64,000 bases of DNA from the NCBI GenBank assembly GCA_001792115.1, contig MGFX01000001.1:304705-368704 (forward strand). Direction: 5' to 3'. A program made the position numbers and the translations under genes. The notes beneath the pieces were generated by a model. That model saw only the letters and a list, made by a program, of their open reading frames with translations. It did no database searches and was not told the origin of the DNA. Below, in pieces: positions 29,045 to 38,257 of this stretch. Position 1 is the first letter of the stretch. The number at the start of each line of letters is the position of its first letter. The stretch comes from Candidatus Woesebacteria bacterium RBG_16_42_24. GTDB taxonomy: Bacteria; Patescibacteriota; Microgenomatia; UBA8517.

Positions 29045-30414
29045 TTTATTCCACACGTCCCGAGTTTAAACATTTTTCTTGCGAGTCAGAAAAAGTTGAT
29101 TCCGACCCCCTTTTTTGGAAGTTTAAAGTGATTGATCCTCATATAGACTCAGGTTTAGGTGAATTATTAAATTTAATAGGGGAGTACGCCATCCAAGAGA
29201 GAGATATCTCAAACAGGTCGTATATTTCCGGGTCCTCGGAAATAACAAATCTGGCAAACTTCTTCGAAAGCTCCTCTTTGCCAAGCGATAAGGAGCATCT
29301 GGCCTCTTTGGTTGTACAAAAAGTTAGGGAGCGTACCACTTATTTATCCGAAGAGGATATTAGAGAAACCGTAGAACATGGGCCACTGCTTGAGGACTAT
29401 GCGTTTCTTATCGGAAGATTAAAAGCTTACAAGCAAAACCCCGCCCTTTTAGAACAGAATTCCAGATTTATCTTCGACCCGATAAAAAGGAGATTGGATT
29501 TATATTTAGGTCCCGATGAGCATAGGCTCCTTGCTATGTCAAGAGTGCTCGGACTGATCCCCTTTAGTGCGATCGAAAGATTAAGAGAAACGAAAATTAG
29601 AGTCATGGGGGCTTCGGTTGCGGCATCTACAATAGAAACCCTGGTTGCCTTGGGTGCAGAAAATATTGTTTTTTATGACTACGGATTTTTGGATCCTGCC
29701 AAAATGCCACAGATGCCCGGTGGAATGGGAGACTTCAGGAATTCAGGGGAGCCAAAAGTTAAGGCACTGATGGAACTTGTACAGGGCCGTAATCCCTATG
29801 GCATTTTCCTTGGTATTCCGGGAAAAGTTCTAATTCCAGGAGAGGCAAAGCAAAGTGAATTTGACGTTTACTTGGACGAGATTATAGATGATGCGGATTT
29901 ATTGATAGAGGTGGTCGACCAATACCATATCAAAGCGGGCACGAGGGCGCATAGCGATAAACCAATAGTCTTTGTAGCAGACTTGGGCAGCGACCCGATT
30001 GCAGGTATCGAGGATCCAAAGTTAAATCTTTGGTTCAATCGGGAAATATCTGATGAAGATAAGGCAAGAATGTCTAAAATTCCGGCTTCCCGAGAAGAGG
30101 CAATAAGAGAAGGCCCCAGGGCAATTTATCTTATGGTGAATAAAGATTTGAATGATGATCATCGTCTGCAATTTTTATTAGCTAGCTTAGGCCTTATCCC
30201 TTTTTGGTCACAAACACCAACATCAACCAGAGAATCGGCCGCTTTGGCATCAAAACTCATTATTGAATGGACACAAAATAGCCCGGTAATGGGAAAAAAT
30301 ATCCATCCGAATGAGTCTCCAAAAACCTTAATCGAGATGTTTAATGCTAAAACATCTCTTAATTTAAGAAGGATTTGTGCGGAACTACTCGATATTCCTC
30401 CCTCGATTATTTAA
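29041..30414 (+). CDS. ThiF/MoeB/E1-like fold protein with a degenerate nucleotide-binding loop
   Basis: KIRVMGASVAASTIETLVALGAENIVFYDYGFLD matches the E1 Rossmann pattern hhhhGxGxxGxxhaxxLaxxGhxxhxhhDxDxV, but GxGxxG is replaced by GASVAAS. GEPKVKALMELVQGRNP matches d.GkpKv.aa...l...NP. DLLIEVVDQYHIKAGT...KPIVFVAD matches DlVvDctDn.etR...kPlv. Confidence 0.5.
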   Translation: MIYSTRPEFKHFSCESEKVDSDPLFWKFKVIDPHIDSGLGELLNLIGEYAIQERDISNRSYISGSSEITNLANFFESSSLPSDKEHLASLVVQKVRERTTYLSEEDIRETVEHGPLLEDYAFLIGRLKAYKQNPALLEQNSRFIFDPIKRRLDLYLGPDEHRLLAMSRVLGLIPFSAIERLRETKIRVMGASVAASTIETLVALGAENIVFYDYGFLDPAKMPQMPGGMGDFRNSGEPKVKALMELVQGRNPYGIFLGIPGKVLIPGEAKQSEFDVYLDEIIDDADLLIEVVDQYHIKAGTRAHSDKPIVFVADLGSDPIAGIEDPKLNLWFNREISDEDKARMSKIPASREEAIREGPRAIYLMVNKDLNDDHRLQFLLASLGLIPFWSQTPTSTRESAALASKLIIEWTQNSPVMGKNIHPNESPKTLIEMFNAKTSLNLRRICAELLDIPPSII

Positions 30415-30475
30415 GCAGGTTTTTAAATATTTACTACTTTAGTCAGCCGTTTAATGTTATATTTTTATTAATAGA

Positions 30476-32077
30476 GTGTTTAATACCTTAGGTCTTCTAA
30501 CGGTTTCGCTGACAGTACTGGCGACATTTTTCATAACGGTAATAGTATTTATTCGAAATCCTAGGTCGGCCAGTCATATCCTTCTTAGTCTTATGGCTAT
30601 TTTATTAATAGCTTGGGCGGCTACAAACTATCTCGCCCTTTCTCCTGGGAGTGAAGAAACCCGGCTTTTTTGGGTTAGAATAGTTATGTTTGTTACCACA
30701 CCCCTCGCGCCATTAATTTTCTTATTGGCTAGCGTCTTTCCGGAAGCCAACTTCAATATTAAGAAAAGTTTATTTCTTGTAATTTTGTTTTCAACATTAT
30801 TTACGGCCGCGATAGCCTTATCTCCTTATACATTTACAAAGTTGGTTAATTTACCCGATGGGAGTTTCCGACTATACCCGGGTTGGGGAATAATCGCATA
30901 TGCCATAAATTTGATGGTTCTTTTGTCCTGGGGACTAGCTAAACTAGTTCAAAAATATAAGAAAAGTAATGGGTTATTGAGAAAACAGCTGGGGATATTT
31001 GTATATAGCATAGTAATTTCGTTTTCTTTAATGACCCTCACCAATTTCATCGCGGTGGTTGTATTTAAAACTATCAGTCTTACCATGTTAGGCCCCACTT
31101 TTACCTTGCTAATCGTTGCCGGAATTTCTTATGCAATTATCAGGCACGGCCTTCTAGATATTAAAATTTTGGCCACTGAGCTGTTTGTAGTCTTTCTACT
31201 TCTAATTCTTTTTGCCAAGATTGTAATTTTTACCTCTATTGGCGAATTAATAGTTGACGTAGTTATTTTTGTTTCGGTCCTATTTTTCGGCATTCTTCTA
31301 ATTCGAAGTGTTATAAGGGAAGTTATGCAAAGGGAGAAATTACAGGTGTTGACGGAAAGACTGAAGGCTGTCGATAAACAGAAGGACGAATTCGTTTCCA
31401 TGGCCGCTCATGAACTTAGGGCACCCATGACAGCGATAAAAGGCTACCTTTCAATGGTGGTTGAAGGAGACGCGGGAGATATTCCTGAAAAGGCAAGAGG
31501 TTTTCTGGCCGACACCGCCGCAATTAATGAAAGGCTAATTAGATTGGTAAACAACATGCTTAATGTTTCAAGGATTGAAGAAGGTAGGATGGTATATCAA
31601 ATCGAGCAGGAGAATCTTTCGTCGGTTGTGAGAGCCGCTTTTGCACAGTTTAGGTCCGAAACGGAGAGAAAGGGTCTTAAATTTGAGTTAATAATTCCGC
31701 CTGAAATTAAGGACAGGATCGAAGTAGACATGGACAGAATTCATGAGGTCGTTGCCAATTTATTAAGTAATGCCATAAAATATACCGAAAAAGGTAAGAT
31801 TACTGTCAGATTATCGCAACCCAACCCCGGGAATGTACGCTTCGAAGTTGAGGACACTGGTCCTGGAATATCTAAAGAGGAACAGGGTAAGCTCTTCCAA
31901 AAATTTGTGAGAGCTGAGTCTAGTATAGGTAAAACCACCGGGACAGGACTTGGACTTTATATTTGTAGATTACTTATCGAGAAATTTTACGGAAGGATTG
32001 GTCTAATCTCTGAAGAGAAGAAAGGAAGCATCTTTTGGTTCGAGATACCCCTAGTTAACAAAAAAGTGACAGCTTAG
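30476..32077 (+). CDS. sensor histidine kinase (multi-TM sensor, HisKA, HATPase_c)
   Basis: H-box MAAHELRAPMTAIKGY, N-box LLSNAIKYT, G-boxes DTGPGI and GTGLGL. 533 aa with about 8 TM helices. Confidence 0.85.
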   Translation: MFNTLGLLTVSLTVLATFFITVIVFIRNPRSASHILLSLMAILLIAWAATNYLALSPGSEETRLFWVRIVMFVTTPLAPLIFLLASVFPEANFNIKKSLFLVILFSTLFTAAIALSPYTFTKLVNLPDGSFRLYPGWGIIAYAINLMVLLSWGLAKLVQKYKKSNGLLRKQLGIFVYSIVISFSLMTLTNFIAVVVFKTISLTMLGPTFTLLIVAGISYAIIRHGLLDIKILATELFVVFLLLILFAKIVIFTSIGELIVDVVIFVSVLFFGILLIRSVIREVMQREKLQVLTERLKAVDKQKDEFVSMAAHELRAPMTAIKGYLSMVVEGDAGDIPEKARGFLADTAAINERLIRLVNNMLNVSRIEEGRMVYQIEQENLSSVVRAAFAQFRSETERKGLKFELIIPPEIKDRIEVDMDRIHEVVANLLSNAIKYTEKGKITVRLSQPNPGNVRFEVEDTGPGISKEEQGKLFQKFVRAESSIGKTTGTGLGLYICRLLIEKFYGRIGLISEEKKGSIFWFEIPLVNKKVTA

Positions 32078-32087
32078 AGATTCGAGC

Positions 32088-32567
32088 TTGAAAATTGCCG
32101 CCATTACGAGTTATAGTTTAAGGACAGTGGCGCAAGATAAAGTACAACAGACAACTTCATTCCAACCCCAGGCTGTAAAAGAAGAGGAAACACAAAAAGG
32201 GCCAACGGTGCTTTTTATAGAAGACGATACCCTGCTATTAAAAATGTACAAGACTAAATTTGAGAACGAAGGCTTTAGGGTACTTACCGCTCAAGATGGA
32301 GAAGAAGGCCTTTCCATGGCGAAAGATCAGAATATCGATCTTGTCATATTGGACATAATGATGCCTATCCTCTCGGGCCTTGACATGCTTGCCCAGTACC
32401 GACAGGATCCAAAAGGCAAGAGTGTTCCTGTGATAATTCTTACCAATCTTACTCGTGAAGATGAGATGAAAAGAGCCAGGGAATTGGGCGTTAAAGAATT
32501 TATAGTCAAAGCGGATTACACTCCGAGTGAGGTTGTCAGAAAAATTAAAGATTACTTAGGGAAGTAA
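32088..32567 (+). CDS. single-domain response regulator (receiver only)
   Basis: REC domain (LFIEDD...LDIMMP...K). No output domain. About 40 aa N-terminal extension. Confidence 0.75.
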   Translation: MKIAAITSYSLRTVAQDKVQQTTSFQPQAVKEEETQKGPTVLFIEDDTLLLKMYKTKFENEGFRVLTAQDGEEGLSMAKDQNIDLVILDIMMPILSGLDMLAQYRQDPKGKSVPVIILTNLTREDEMKRARELGVKEFIVKADYTPSEVVRKIKDYLGK

Positions 32568-32573
32568 ATTCAA

Positions 32574-32789
32574 ATGGAACAACCCCAAGCGATTCAAGAA
32601 ACTCTTCGCGCAGTCGCTTTGGGGGGATTTTTGACGGCCTCAACGCTAATTATCGGTATTAACTTTAAAGTTTTTAACAATATTTTTAAAGAGAATGCGC
32701 ATAAATATTGGTGGTTATTTTTAGTTTCGGCTGTAATTCCCGTCGCAGTGGTTCTTTTCATTTTTTCCTTCTTTTTTGAGCGAACGTAA
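32574..32789 (+). CDS. small hypothetical membrane protein
   Basis: 71 aa with two hydrophobic helices. Confidence 0.3.
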   Translation: MEQPQAIQETLRAVALGGFLTASTLIIGINFKVFNNIFKENAHKYWWLFLVSAVIPVAVVLFIFSFFFERT

Positions 32790-32794
32790 CACTT

Positions 32795-34168
32795 TTAGTA
32801 TGCCCCTTTTCCTAAGAGCACTAAGGGAACGGTTTTGACAATTATAGTCATATCAAGAAAGAACGACTGATTATTTATATAATAAAAATCGTATTCCAGA
32901 TTTTCCTCCAAGGGTAAGTCCTTTCTTCCCAGAATTTGCCAGAGTCCGGTTAAGCCAGGTTTTACCTCGAGTCTTTTTTTCTGCCACTTACTGTATTTTG
33001 CGACCTTTTGTGGCATTTCTGGTCTGGGGCCGACCATGCTCATGCTTCCGGCAATTACATTAATAAGTTGGGGAAGCTCGTCGAGACTAGTTTTTCTTAA
33101 GAATTTTCCAATTGCCGTAATTCTTTCATCGTTAAGACTGCCGGGAGGATCTGCATACTTAGGCGTATTTTTTTTCATTGTCCTAAATTTCAACATATTA
33201 AACACTTTCCCTCCTCGCCCCACCCTTTTTTGCTTAAGTACAGCTGGCGAGCCGTCGCTAATAATAATTGCGCAACTTATGAATAACCAAAGAGGGGAGA
33301 TTGCCACATAAAGTATTGATGCAAAGATTAAGTCGAAAATTCTTTTAGGATAACCCGGCCAGAAACCTTGTTGACTTCGCCAAAGCTCAAGTGAGGGAAT
33401 ACTTTCAAGTCTTGCCACATCGACAGTGCCACTAACCAAATCAAATATTGAAGAAACTACTCGAAAGCGTAAATTTTTCTTGGATACTTTGGTCATAAGG
33501 TCAAGGACTTTGGAGTGGGCTAGGGTAGGGTCGGTAATGTAGACTTCATCTACAGCGTACTTGTTTATGACCCTCGCGATGTCTTTGACCTTTCCAATAA
33601 CAGGAAAATGTTTGCGGGATTGGGCTCTATCGTCTAAAAATCCTACCAGGCGATATCCTATCTGCGAGAAATCCCCAAGCTTTCTTGCAAGCTGCCTTCC
33701 GGGCGGCCCCGCTCCTATTATTAATATCTTTACCAGGGAGTAGCCCTGGCGATAGTATTTTTGCTCGATAATCCTAAAAAGATTTCTTCCTAAACTTATG
33801 AAAAGAAGGGTAAACAGATAGAATACAATAACTATGATTCTTGAGTAATCGTACTTATAAAGGTATGAGCCTACCATTATTAGAAGTACCCAGAAGGAAG
33901 TTGCTTTAATTACCAGAAAAGATTCTGGGAATACCTTGCTTCTTTTGGTCTGATCGTATAAACCGAAAATGTTATAAACCAAAAGTAGAAGAAGAATTGC
34001 AAAGGGTAGGGCTGCAAGATAAACTTTTAGGGGCTGGATAGATTCTAAAAAAAGCCTAAAAGGACCGTAGTTACGAAGATAGTAAGCCGTAAAAAAGGCA
34101 ACTGCGGCCATGAGGGAATCGGTAGCTTTAAGGGACAGCGCGATTTTGGAAGCCCCGTTAACCCTCAT
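32795..34168 (-). CDS. undecaprenyl-phosphate sugar phosphotransferase (WbaP/exopolysaccharide polyprenyl glycosylphosphotransferase family)
   Basis: 4 N-terminal TM helices, a CoA-binding-like Rossmann segment (ILIIGAGPPGRQLARKL), and a C-terminal bacterial sugar transferase domain (KRVGRGGKVFNMLKFRTM...PGLTGLWQI). Confidence 0.85.
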   Translation of the reverse strand: MRVNGASKIALSLKATDSLMAAVAFFTAYYLRNYGPFRLFLESIQPLKVYLAALPFAILLLLLVYNIFGLYDQTKRSKVFPESFLVIKATSFWVLLIMVGSYLYKYDYSRIIVIVFYLFTLLFISLGRNLFRIIEQKYYRQGYSLVKILIIGAGPPGRQLARKLGDFSQIGYRLVGFLDDRAQSRKHFPVIGKVKDIARVINKYAVDEVYITDPTLAHSKVLDLMTKVSKKNLRFRVVSSIFDLVSGTVDVARLESIPSLELWRSQQGFWPGYPKRIFDLIFASILYVAISPLWLFISCAIIISDGSPAVLKQKRVGRGGKVFNMLKFRTMKKNTPKYADPPGSLNDERITAIGKFLRKTSLDELPQLINVIAGSMSMVGPRPEMPQKVAKYSKWQKKRLEVKPGLTGLWQILGRKDLPLEENLEYDFYYINNQSFFLDMTIIVKTVPLVLLGKGAY

Positions 34169-34309
34169 TGTTTTGGAAAATAGACCCTTTTGAAAATATT
34201 GCCGAGATATAACGTAATGGGGAATCGCCAGGGGGGAATCATAAATTTATCTCTAATATACTTCTCTTGTCTTGCTTTAGCAAAAGTTTGAGTTAGAATA
34301 CGTTCACGA

Positions 34310-35839
34310 ATGCTAGCCAAGATAGTTTCCGGAGCGACAGTTGGGCTTGATGCCGTTTTGGTCGATGTGGAGGTAGATATTGCCGAGCAAGGACTTCCGA
34401 GTTTTACCATCGTCGGTCTTCCGGATAAGGCGGTAGAGGAGTCAAAAGAAAGAGTGCGTGCAGCCATTAAAAATTCTGGCGGGGATTTTCCCACATCCCG
34501 CATTACTGTTAATTTGGCCCCAGCAGATTTACCGAAAGCAGGACCTGCGTATGACCTTCCGATTGCACTGGGGATTCTTATTGCCTCAGGTCAGATAAAT
34601 CCGAGAGTTTCTGATGCGTTATTTTTCGGCGAGCTATCACTTGACGGAGGGTTAAGGCACACAAACGGAGTCCTTCCGATGGCCTATCTTGCAAGGCAGA
34701 TGAAGGTAGCAAAAGTATTTGTGCCGAAAGTAAATGAAAAAGAAGCTTCGGTCGTCTCGAAGATAGAGGTTTATCCGATTGAGTCTCTCTTGGAATTGGT
34801 ACGTTTCTTTGCCGATACTATCCAAATTACTCCTGCCAAAAGGCTAAATTTAAAAACATTGCTAATTCGCGGTGGAGCAGAGTTTGACTTTAACGAAATC
34901 ATTGGTCAAGAACACGCGAAGCGCGCAGCCGAGATAGCGGGAGCCGGCGGACACAATATTTTTATGAAAGGAACTCCCGGGAGTGGAAAAACAATGTTGG
35001 CCCGCGCCCTCCCCGGGATTTTGCCGACTTTAACGGAAAGCGAGGCACTGGAGGTGACCAAGATTTACTCCATAACCGGAAATTTGCCGCTTGGTGAGGC
35101 AATCGTTACGACGCACCCCTTTCGAAGTCCGCACCACACAACGAGTAGAATAGGACTCATTGGAGGGGGCTCAAATCCCTCACCAGGCGAAATATCTTTG
35201 GCACACCGAGGAGTTCTATTTTTGGACGAGTTCCCGGAATTTCCCAGACACGTCTTAGAAGCCCTTAGGCAGCCGATGGAAGATGGGGTAGTATCCATCT
35301 CGCGGGCAAAAGGATCGGTAACTTATCCAGCCCAATTTCTTTTGGTGGCTGCTTCAAACCCTTGTCCGTGTGGATATTTCGGAGATCTAAAGCGTGCCTG
35401 TACTTGTCTTCCGGGGGCAATTGCCCGTTATCAAAAAAGAATTTCTGGGCCGATACTTGATAGAATTGATATTCATATAGATGTTCCGTCTGTTGAGACG
35501 CAGAAGTTAGTAGGGAAGGCCGTTAAAGCCGAGAGCTCAAAAGAAATTCAGAAAAGGGTACAAAAAGCGAGAGACATACAGCTAAAGAGGTTTAAAGGAG
35601 CCAATCTAAAATCAAATAGCGAAATGGCCACGAGTGATGTCAAAAGATTCTGTAAATTGTCTGAAGAATGTCGCACAATGTTAACGACCGCCGTCGCGGC
35701 GATGAATCTTACAGCCAGAAGTTATTTCAAAGTCATAAAAATTGCCCGAACTATTGCGGATTTATCAGGCGAAGCTAGCATTTCGACTCTACATATAGCC
35801 GAAGCACTTCAATACCGCCCAAAAGAGACCGAGTTTTGA
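34310..35839 (+). CDS. comM: YifB/ComM family Mg-chelatase-like AAA+ ATPase
   Basis: N-terminal Lon-like domain, Walker A GTPGSGKTMLA, and a C-terminal Mg-chelatase domain. 509 aa. Confidence 0.85.
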   Translation: MLAKIVSGATVGLDAVLVDVEVDIAEQGLPSFTIVGLPDKAVEESKERVRAAIKNSGGDFPTSRITVNLAPADLPKAGPAYDLPIALGILIASGQINPRVSDALFFGELSLDGGLRHTNGVLPMAYLARQMKVAKVFVPKVNEKEASVVSKIEVYPIESLLELVRFFADTIQITPAKRLNLKTLLIRGGAEFDFNEIIGQEHAKRAAEIAGAGGHNIFMKGTPGSGKTMLARALPGILPTLTESEALEVTKIYSITGNLPLGEAIVTTHPFRSPHHTTSRIGLIGGGSNPSPGEISLAHRGVLFLDEFPEFPRHVLEALRQPMEDGVVSISRAKGSVTYPAQFLLVAASNPCPCGYFGDLKRACTCLPGAIARYQKRISGPILDRIDIHIDVPSVETQKLVGKAVKAESSKEIQKRVQKARDIQLKRFKGANLKSNSEMATSDVKRFCKLSEECRTMLTTAVAAMNLTARSYFKVIKIARTIADLSGEASISTLHIAEALQYRPKETEF

Positions 35840-36119
35840 CCCCAAAAATCAAACACGAGCGGCCAAGAGTCAAAACGAAGAAGGCCAAGGGCCAACCTCT
35901 CCTCTTTCGAGAGACTCCTCTCCCTTTCGAGTACAAAGGCGCCGAGACTGATCAGTTGGTGTTGCGATGTACAGAGTCGATCTGTGAGACCTTGTGGGCC
36001 ATCATCGCACGCTCCTCGGCGAGATGGATGATATAGCAGTATTCAAGAAAACTTCCCACCAGCAACTGCGTAGCTTTGGGCGGGGAGAAAAATTGTCAAG
36101 ATATTGCTAAAATGCCAGT

Positions 36120-36551
36120 ATGCGGTTAGTTGTTCAGAGGGTTACACAAGCTTCGGTTAAGGTGAAAAAGCAAGTTGTCGGCCAAATTGGTAAAGGCCTT
36201 TTTATTCTGGTAGGGATTAAAAAGGGTGATTCTCTCAAAGATGCCGAGACGCTCGCCGCCAAGCTGTCAAAGCTTCGCGTCATGGCGGATAAAGAAGGGA
36301 AAATGAATCTATCTATCGTGGAAGTTGGAGCCGAGGTATTAGTTGTATCCCAATTCACCCTTTATGCAGATACTTCGGGCGGGAATAGACCTTCTTTTAT
36401 AAATGCAGCCTTACCCGATGAAGCAAGAAAGATTTACGAACACTTTGTCGCTGAACTGCGTCGGCTTGGGGTTAAGCTCCAAACCGGTAGTTTTGGAGAC
36501 TATATGGAAATCGAGGCCAAGCTAGATGGTCCAGTTACAATACTATATTGA
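36120..36551 (+). CDS. dtd: D-aminoacyl-tRNA deacylase
   Basis: 143 aa. MRLVVQRV...SQFTLYAD...GPVT signature. Confidence 0.9.
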   Translation: MRLVVQRVTQASVKVKKQVVGQIGKGLFILVGIKKGDSLKDAETLAAKLSKLRVMADKEGKMNLSIVEVGAEVLVVSQFTLYADTSGGNRPSFINAALPDEARKIYEHFVAELRRLGVKLQTGSFGDYMEIEAKLDGPVTILY

Positions 36552-36572
36552 TATGTATCAATATAGTGAGGG

Positions 36573-37175
36573 TTAATGGATTAAGTGATTTTTCTCAAGA
36601 AACTTGGTAAGCTTCTTGCCGCGATATTGTTGGCCGATAGAGACGAATAGGCGGTTGACCTTGGACCAATATTTTTTAGGTAAGATACTTTCGAGAGCCT
36701 TTTCAGTTTGTTCAGGGGTTTTTGTTTTTACCCAGCCTAAAATGTTGGTAATTGCGTGAACGTGAGTATCCACCGCTATTGCCGGTTTTCCAAAAGCCCG
36801 ATTTAAAACCAGATTAGCTGTTTTTCTGCCGACTCCTGGGAGCTTTATTAAGTTTTCTCTCGTTTCTGGAATTTGACCTCCAAATTCGGAAATTATCATT
36901 TCTGCAAGTTTTTTAAGCTGCCTCGCCTTTGTATTATAAAAACCAACTGGATAAATAAGTTTACGTAGTATCTTTATATCTAATTCACTTAATGTCTTCG
37001 CATTTGGCGCTTTTGCGAATAACCTTTCGGTTGCTTTGTGGGTGGTTGTATCGAGAGTGCGAGAAGAAAGAAGAACGGAGATTAAAATTTTGTAAGGGTC
37101 TTTGCCAAAAATCTCAAGCGGGATAGGTTTGTAATTCTTCTTAAAGGTAGTGAAGACCCTTGCGAAGTTTTTCAC
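36573..37175 (-). CDS. HhH-GPD superfamily DNA glycosylase (endonuclease III-like, no Fe-S cluster)
   Basis: Helix-hairpin-helix motif LPGVGRKTANLVL with the catalytic Asp (VDTHV). 200 aa. No C-terminal Cys cluster. Confidence 0.75.
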   Translation of the reverse strand: MKNFARVFTTFKKNYKPIPLEIFGKDPYKILISVLLSSRTLDTTTHKATERLFAKAPNAKTLSELDIKILRKLIYPVGFYNTKARQLKKLAEMIISEFGGQIPETRENLIKLPGVGRKTANLVLNRAFGKPAIAVDTHVHAITNILGWVKTKTPEQTEKALESILPKKYWSKVNRLFVSIGQQYRGKKLTKFLEKNHLIH

Positions 37176-37247
37176 TTAAGTTATAACCAAAAGGGAACCC
37201 CCTGTAAAGAGGAACCCTTTTGATAGTTAACGTTCAAAGAAGGAAGA

Positions 37248-37382
37248 TTACCCTCCAATTTTAAACATTGTTGTGCCGCAAACTTCACAGACGGCCTTAG
37301 TTGCCTTCTTGCCGTTCTTCATTGTGACACCTTGGGCATTCTTGCCCTCTCTTTTGGCGCGACACTTTACACAGTACATCAT
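37248..37382 (-). CDS. small Lys-rich zinc-ribbon protein (DUF5679-like), 44 aa
   Basis: Not in the ORF track because it is under 60 aa. Minus-strand translation: MMYCVKCRAKREGKNAQGVTMKNGKKATKAVCEVCGTTMFKIGG, with CxxC...CxxC. A GGAGG RBS lies 6-10 nt upstream. Confidence 0.6.
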   Translation of the reverse strand: MMYCVKCRAKREGKNAQGVTMKNGKKATKAVCEVCGTTMFKIGG

Positions 37383-37416
37383 TTATAGTCACCTCCCTCC
37401 GTAGAGCAGATCGAAC

Positions 37417-37743
37417 CTAAAACCAAGCTAAGTATATCACCAGTTCTGCCCCTAAAATGAGGCTAGCTATTATAAGACTCTTTCCAATATCTCGCTTCAC
37501 CGAGGCTAAGCCATAAACTTGAGCCTGATTCACGGCCATTTTTAAGGTTCGAGGCACTTCGTTTTTAGCTTTAATGGGATTTTCCAATTGCCTCTTGACA
37601 TTAGCCTTGGGACGAGCTTTTTTAGGTTCATTAGCCCAAGTATATATAAATTGGTGTTGGGCCCTTTGTTTGTCTTTTTTAGTGCGTCTCTTACCCATTT
37701 TTAGGTAGTTATAGAACTTAGCTCCTTGACACCCCTTTTTCAA
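37417..37743 (-). CDS. hypothetical Lys-rich protein with a C-terminal TM anchor
   Basis: 108 aa. Basic N-terminal half and a C-terminal hydrophobic helix (LIIASLILGAELVIYLAWF). Confidence 0.35.
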   Translation of the reverse strand: MKKGCQGAKFYNYLKMGKRRTKKDKQRAQHQFIYTWANEPKKARPKANVKRQLENPIKAKNEVPRTLKMAVNQAQVYGLASVKRDIGKSLIIASLILGAELVIYLAWF

Positions 37744-37797
37744 GATGCAAAAATGTTTGAGTTAAATACTTACTCACAACTGCCCTAGGAATTAGAA

Positions 37798-38256
37798 GTG
37801 CAAGTTCAAATATTAGTATTGATAGCTATCGGGGCTTGGCTTATCGGTTTAACAGCCGCCCTTTTTTGGATTTTAAGAATCTTTAATAACCTTACTAAAG
37901 AGGCTAAAGGAGAATCTCTTATAAAAGTTCTAGAGAAGATTTTATTACGCCTGAGAACCGACTCTGAGGCCATAAAATTAATAAAGAAAGAGATTGCCGG
38001 CATTCGGGAAATTGACAAGTTTCATATACAAAAAGTCGGGATGGTGAGGTTTAATCCCTTCAGGGAAACTGGAGGAGATCATAGTTTTTCGATCGCGCTT
38101 TTGGATGCAAACGACACGGGACTGGTTTTAACCGGAATTCACACCAGGGAAAGAACAAGGATTTATACCAAAACAGTGAAGCTTGGGAAAGGAGAGTTCG
38201 AACTTTCGGAAGAGGAGAAAAAGGCCTTAAGTAAGGCCCAAAGGGTTAAGGACTAA
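37798..38256 (+). CDS. DUF4446-like protein with an N-terminal TM helix
   Basis: 152 aa. TM helix, then a conserved VRFNPF...GGDHSF segment. Confidence 0.45.
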   Translation: MQVQILVLIAIGAWLIGLTAALFWILRIFNNLTKEAKGESLIKVLEKILLRLRTDSEAIKLIKKEIAGIREIDKFHIQKVGMVRFNPFRETGGDHSFSIALLDANDTGLVLTGIHTRERTRIYTKTVKLGKGEFELSEEEKKALSKAQRVKD

Positions 38257-38257
38257 T

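Noticed and set aside
32088-32567. Treating the receiver-only response regulator as a truncated gene or pseudogene
   Set aside because: The ORF is intact with a complete REC domain and is immediately followed by another gene. Single-domain response regulators are common, so nothing indicates truncation.
35836-36036. 66-aa ORF overlapping the comM stop in the GC-rich spacer
   Set aside because: Its composition is unlike neighbouring genes and it lacks an RBS. It is treated as part of a possible ncRNA or remnant region instead.
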